Shown here: positions 54,288 through 64,000 of the stretch, piece after piece
How positions within the stretch are numbered: the first letter of the stretch is position 1
Layout: every line of letters starts with the position of its first letter
Assembly (NCBI GenBank): GCA_027604505.1
Contig: JADIIX010000040.1
Coordinates: 1 to 64,000 of the forward strand
Source: Gonapodya sp. JEL0774
Taxonomy: Eukaryota
Reading direction: 5' to 3'
DNA length: 64,000 bases
Translations under genes and position numbers: made by a program
The notes under the pieces: model-generated
Told to the model about the DNA's origin: nothing
The model's input: only the letters and a program-made list of their open reading frames with translations
Database searches by the model: none

Positions 54288-55416
54288 TGCTGGACGGGGA
54301 GGAGGGAGTAAGATGGGTTCCGGAATGAAGAAGGCTTGGAGGCGATGAAGACCCCGATGCGATTTGAGAAGCGCAAGTGAGCCAGGTCAAATGATGGAGC
54401 CTTGACTAGTCCGAATGATTGAAATTTATGAACGGTTGAAGCCGAATTTCGGCCGGCGACCTTTGTTTTTGTCGCGAAGTGGGAAAGGACGTTTCGCCAT
54501 GAGTCTGATCACATTTCTTGGTCCCCAAAACACAGAAGGATTATATGTAAGGCCACTCCTCCCATTGAATTGATTCAAACGAATATTTCAGTCGCGTTGA
54601 CTGCGCGTGGAGCTTGATATTCGGCTCGGATCAGCTCTTGACCTTTTTTTCTGCAATACAAAAAAAGACCTCTCCATGAACTCTCCCAGGCGCTCCCCAA
54701 CAGATCAGAGAAACTAAAGGAGCAGAGTATATCGTGATACAGCCTACAAATCAGTCGTCGCTTTGAAAGTACATTTGCACATAAATTGTTCTCAGATTCG
54801 GCGGCAGTTCAACCCCTACGCTGAGCTGAGGATGACGTCACACAAACGCACAACGTCAATCCTACACTGTTGTCCGTCTCATGCCAAAGAGATCTGATCA
54901 CAATGCGAGGTGACCTTAAAATTTGGAGGCTGTTGTTGGGAGGCGAGTGCAAACGGGAGTGACAAAACTACGAGGTAAGTAGGACGTTCCCTTAATTCGA
55001 CCTGCGAACTGCGAATGAATCGATTTTTCCACCCTGTGCACGAACAATTCAACCCGCGCCGTGAAAGTATCCTATGTTCACGTTTTGGCATATGGATAAC
55101 GAAAGGCAATTTTTTACGATGATGGGCACTACTGCTGCTGGTTACGGCATAAGAGTAATAATTTTGGAAGTAACGTGGAATGGAACTCTCTTCCCCCCCC
55201 CCCCCTTCCTGCCAATATCACCTGGATGCCCCCGTCACTTCTGCCGGATCTCAAATCCAACCAAAGTTTGCGCGGAGTCAGCCAAGATTGTTGGCAAGAT
55301 CAGTGCTAAATTGGAAATGTGCTCAGATACGGAGATAAACGGCTTTATTTCAAGGAGATAATTCAATTGGCATTAACCTCATTTGCTGGTGAGGTGAACG
55401 GAGGACGTCAAGTGTG

Positions 55417-58141
55417 TCAGCTCCACTGGGTTCGCGCCATCCCACAAAAAAATTCCCTACTAGCCCTCCACGAACCCTCCGCTCCTCGCACCACTTCCAC
55501 CTCACTCAACCGATCTCTATCACTGAGCACCCTTGCCTCCCGCTTCCCATTTCCGATTCTATTTGCTGGTGGAGCGTGGATCCCGAACCCCTGTTTCGCA
55601 TACGCGTCGTACTCTTGGTCCGATACGATCGGATCGGGTTTGTGACGCGCAATGTGCCCCGCAAGGAGGAGTTCCCGTGATGTCAAAGAGATGAGGGAGT
55701 ATCGGCGAGACGACGTAGAGGAGGCAAGGTCCGTTAATGTGGCGGCACGGAAGGTCAGCTTGCGAGGGGAGGCTATGAAGACCTTTCGGATGCATTGGGG
55801 GATCATCCAGATCAGCGTCATGGGGGGGTTATAAGTCTCCAGCATTGGAGTTGTTGGGCTCAAGGAACGTAGTTGATCTCACATAGCTCTGCACTTGGTC
55901 AACCTCCTCCTCGTCCACAGAGACTCGCGGTATATTCTCTGAAAAACACCGTACGTGGGGAAACACGTAAGCCACGGTCGCGGCCACTGAAGAGAATGAT
56001 ATGGATGGGTTGGCTCCAACAAAAACCTGGGCAGAAACACATGAAGTGAAGCGCTTAGAAAATACTCGAGGGCAGCTTCGCTTATAACTTCTATGCCTGA
56101 AACAAGCACTTGACGTGTCGGTGCTCTCATAGAGAGGATTGTGTCTCAACTTACTATGCTCATTATCCCGTTCTGTTTCAAGGCCTTTCTGACTGCCACC
56201 ATGCCTTCAACGCCCACCAAATCCCCATCAGGCACTCCGCCAGCAAATGCGTCATCCACCACGACGAAGTCGTATGTTGCCCGGGCAACGCCTTGGTCAA
56301 GAAAACGACGTGCCGATGAGCGAGTCAAGATGGTCGCGCTCATGGTGGTACTATCTGCAGATATGTTGCGCAGACCAAAATGCGTGGCTGCAAGTTGAGC
56401 TAGGATGTCGTCTTTGACAACCACGTCTACATGCATGCCTGACTCTACGAAACGCTGAAAGCTCGCAACAGCTGCTGCAACGCCCAGTATAAGTGCTCGT
56501 TTGGGGCCAGTTGTGGAATTGGGTCGGTTGACGAGCATAGCAAGTTCATGGAGGTGGTGGGCCGTGAAATAGCTTTCAGCGGGCGATAAAGTAGGGAAAT
56601 GAGAGTGTTGCGGTGTGGTAAGCGCGGCGAGGATTGAGGGGCCAGCGTGGAGGAAAAGGGTGGGGGTGGGAGAGCTTATGTGGCGGACCGAAAGGGTGCC
56701 TAATTGCTTAGGAAAGATGATGGCGAGGGTGGTGATGTTAGGCAGAGGGTATGAAGAGTAGCTTTGCTACGTCGGAGTGCCATTCATGTGGACCGATGGA
56801 GGAGGCAGGGTTTAAGAGCGACAGTAAATCGAGTGATTTTACACATTGACACAGTAGGACTTACAGCAAGACAGGGGAGCAGACTCGCTGTCGAGGAACG
56901 GCTCATGGCGTAGTAAGTCCACGGAACTGACATTGCAAGAAGAAAAAGGCCCGCATGCGGAGTTCGTCCTTCCAAACCAGAAACCATGCAATGCGTGGTG
57001 ACGACAATAATCGTGATAATCGCTCTTGCCCACGGCATTTCAAAGGACAATGGAAAGGACGCCATCGAGGAAACAAGGGACCACGACGCCGCTGCTACTA
57101 CTACAAAGACCCAGCGAGGAGTAACGAAGACTTTAGTGCCACGTGGTGCGCGTTTTAGAACGTCCGACTCGCTCCTATGAATGAATGTAATCAAGATACC
57201 GCAACCCGAGGCGGCCAGCCCCGGGAATACGCCAAAGATGGTATGGAAGGCTAGAGCACCGAGCTGTGGTGAGTTTGTGTGGAAAGAAACGGCGACTGCT
57301 AGCCACAAAGCGATGTCTAGGATCGGGGGAGCGAAAGCTACTGCCAACACTGGGAGTACGGAGATCCACCATGTCGCAGAGAGGAGAGCGGTCGTGGACA
57401 GACTTGCTCTATCAGCAAGATCGACGACAGATACTATGACAGTCCAAGCTATTGTTGAGACTGTCCATGCACGTTCATGTCCGTATCGACGGGCGAGGAA
57501 TTGTCCAAAGTGTTCTTCTGCAAAGAGCGATTCGATTGCAAGAACGAAGCACGAAAGAAGAGATAAAAAACCAGCGGCGCAGGCTACTATTGTGATATGA
57601 ATAGATCTCCGAAGAACAGACAGGCGGGGTGGGGTTGGTGGTAAGCGTCGTTGTGAGGGACCACCAGTGGACGGACTTGACGACTGAACCGAAACCGAGG
57701 TTTTGCTCCAGGACAGCAAGGGCGATTTGTCCAGGATTGTGGAACTGTTTTTGTGTCGCATGGAAACAGCCATTATCCTGGGCACTGCAAATGAAGTTCG
57801 GATTCCGGACCTGAGTACTCGTCAGGGACAGTCGGTTGGGGGACATGCCCCACAACGTATGTAATACGTGGGCCAAGGAAACAGCTGCAAGAGTCACATT
57901 AGCAAAGACAAGTTAAAAAATCGTATTTCGCAGTTTCAAGCGTGTGCTCTATGCTCTTGGTTCAAAAACGGAATGGGGACGTCCACAACAGAAGTCACAG
58001 AAATGAAAGCCAACGGCGATACGTATAGAGTCAACATGGTTATCCAAGCGTAGATCCACACTAGGTGAGTTCTTTGTGAATTCATTGAGTTCTGCCAAGA
58101 TGAACAAAACAACATCGACGCGAACCAATTGGACTCCATGA
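55417..58141 (-). CDS. Multi-pass membrane protein fused to a spermidine-synthase-like class I SAM-methyltransferase fold
   Basis: A hydrophobic 333-aa ORF is followed by KRALILG..MHVDVV..LAATHFGL..ARRFL...YDFVVVDDAFAGG..ALKQNG. Exon structure and start are approximate. Confidence 0.55.
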
Positions 58142-59413
58142 TCAAAGAAGACGTTTCAACCAGAAGAGCGCTTGGCTTCCTCTTCGTTTAATCGTGATGA
58201 GTGTTGCGACTCAATACATTCAGTTGGCGTGAGAACACATCGACGCTCCAAACAACAAGTATATCAAGCCGGTAGAAATATATGGGGTCGAGCCCGAGCA
58301 CTGCATGACCGGACGAGGGATGGTGGCTGGTTGCGGGATGTCTTGGGCGATTTATTTCATTGCATGACTGTTGGAGGGCATCGGGCTTGATTGGTAGTCT
58401 GTCCTTTGCGACCTGCTGCAGTACCCGTTTCCACCACTCCATCTGTAAGTTCGTAGAGAACCCTCTAGTGTTCTTGTTGATTCTTCACAGATCATAGATC
58501 ATAGAAGTTAGTCGGCAGAGGAGACCAGGCTTCAAAGTATGTGTGCGAACCCACTAGTTCCTGCGTCTGCGCTTCACGGATCGCCAGTAAGCTCTGAAGG
58601 TCGTGTAAGAGGCGATTGTAAAAGAATGCGAGGAGGGAATGTACGAAAGAGGGTGAAAGTCGACATTGGCGGTCTTCAAACGTCGCGGTGGGACTTGCTC
58701 GTCCAATTTGCGTCTCATTCCCGTCTTATACGCTCCCGATCAAGTGCCGTCCCACGCATGCGATTTGTTCCTCTCTGTCTATTTCCATTTTTGCTACACA
58801 GAAGTGCTCTACGCACCTCGGTTGGGACCGGGAAGTGTGTAGAAGGTGCCGAGGATCTTGGGTCGACAGCATATCAGAGGACGTGGAGAGTACATGTCAA
58901 TGACTCTCTTACATTCAATAAGCCACTTACTACGTTGCAGTACTCGGTGCATTGTCTCTGTGTGGTGTCTTTTCCCTGCCAATCGCAAACATCACCAGAC
59001 GTGGTTTAGAACACGGATTGATAAGCGGTTGTATTTGCTCACATTTATCTCTCTCATCGTTCTTCGATGAAGGAAAATTGCTCTTTGAGGAGACCCCACG
59101 TTTGAAACTACAGACGTTTGTGAACCAACTCGGTGGGGACGGTGGGGTCGTTGAATTCTGTTGGGCTTTGTCCACCTGTCCTCTGCAAATCACTCGCCCC
59201 GACAAAGACTTCGCTTCTCACCGGACAACATCCCGGAGGAGCGTTGCTGAAGATTCGCGTCTTCAGGGCCCAATCAAAGCCGTGATTCGTGCTTCCGCAG
59301 CAGCTCGTCTCCCGACTGGTCACAGTTCACCCGGGAACATCCATCCGTTTCCATTGTTTCGCCCGACCGGACCATTCGAACCTCTATTTTTCTGAGCACT
59401 TTTCATCGCAGCA

Positions 59414-63107
<3,694 letters not shown>

Positions 63108-63240
63108 GGGGTTACATTTCTGAGTTAAATGTACTCCAAGGGTTTCCGGGGGGGTATCGTGAATAGATTTCATTCCCGTGAATCGACAAAAGACAACTCT
63201 ATCAACAGCTAATATAAAAGAGAGCCTGCAGTCGAAACAA

Positions 63241-64000
63241 TTACTTAGCTACGGCCGGCTCTGGTGCTGCGGCGCCCGCCGATTGCATTCCAAACCATTC
63301 CAACATCGACATCTTCTTTTCCTTCATCTCTCTCATCTGCTTCTCGATTTCTTCAATCTGCTGCTTCCTTTGCTCCTCAGCCAGCTTTTTGAAGTTCTCC
63401 TGGTCCTTCAAGAATGTTTCTCGCATGGCCCGTGTTTGCGCGTCCATAATGTCAAAAGGTGTGGGCCCCAACACTGGGTCAACATTGTCCGTCAAAATCG
63501 CAGGCTGCTGCTCTAACATGCCTCTCCCGCGTCCAAACAAACCCTGCGTGACTCTCGCGACTGGATTGGAAGCATTTGCCGCTTGCGTCCGTTCAAGTTC
63601 CTCGCGGCGCTTGCGATCGTAGTCGTCGCGGAGCTTCTTTTGCCAGCGAGCAAACTCGGCGGGAACGTCTTTGCCGATGTAAGAGTGGAGAACGGGCCGG
63701 ACGTCCTCAACTCCAGAGAGAGCGAGCACTACGAATGGGGACGCGTTCCGGTGAGGCGAAAGTGGAGTGAAGAATGCGCTGCACAACTTACTTTCCAAGA
63801 AGGGAATCAGCTTGAGCAATCCATCGTCAACAGTGCTCCCATCCCATTTAGGAACAATAATAGCATTATCCCTCTGGAGCTTTATCGCTCTTTCGTCGAC
63901 GTCGATAGCAATCACTTTCTTGAGGTCGCGATTCAGATGAGACAAGTCCTTCTGATGTACGCCATCGACGTATTTTGTGGAGTCACGATAAAGGCGATAC
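63241..64000 (-). CDS. TIM50: Mitochondrial import subunit Tim50 (3' part; runs off the window)
   Basis: YRLYRDSTKYVDGVHQKDLSHLNRDLKKVI, NAIIVPKWDG..D..LLKLIPFLE, VEDVRPVL, and a C-terminal coiled coil. Confidence 0.88.
   Translation of the reverse strand, partial: YRLYRDSTKYVDGVHQKDLSHLNRDLKKVIAIDVDERAIKLQRDNAIIVPKWDGSTVDDGLLKLIPFLESKLCSAFFTPLSPHRNASPFVVLALSGVEDVRPVLHSYIGKDVPAEFARWQKKLRDDYDRKRREELERTQAANASNPVARVTQGLFGRGRGMLEQQPAILTDNVDPVLGPTPFDIMDAQTRAMRETFLKDQENFKKLAEEQRKQQIEEIEKQMREMKEKKMSMLEWFGMQSAGAAAPEPAVAK

Overview
Compact, intron-rich eukaryotic DNA (short GT-AG introns of about 60-100 nt, about 52% GC by eye). Gene content and style suggest an early-diverging (zoosporic/chytrid-like) fungus; that taxonomic call is inference. 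Most of the window is housekeeping genes: a probable SWC4/DMAP1 3' end, an MFS (Dal5/ACS-type) permease, TLG2, UTP20, VPS1, THOC3/TEX1, PBP1/ataxin-2, eIF3c, IMP3, an FNT channel, a GyrI-like protein, a DEAH helicase, CEF1/CDC5L, a cellulose-synthase-like GT2, a GH26, a membrane-fused methyltransferase, CUL1 and TIM50. The outstanding feature is a ~7 kb insert (about 30.2-37.2 kb) between the divergent eIF3c and IMP3 genes. It carries an intact IS630-Tc1-mariner transposase with unusual DD43E spacing, followed on the same strand by a multi-exon, very large Fanzor1 (TnpB/Cas12-like RuvC RNA-guided nuclease). The Fanzor RuvC-I and zinc-finger/RuvC-III motifs only become visible after splicing. 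Downstream lies a structured, repeat-containing non-coding segment that is a candidate omega-RNA. Splice phases allow the transposase to be joined in frame to the downstream exons, apart from one TAG, suggesting a possible ~2000-aa transposase-Fanzor fusion. All exon boundaries were inferred by eye and no database searches were run.
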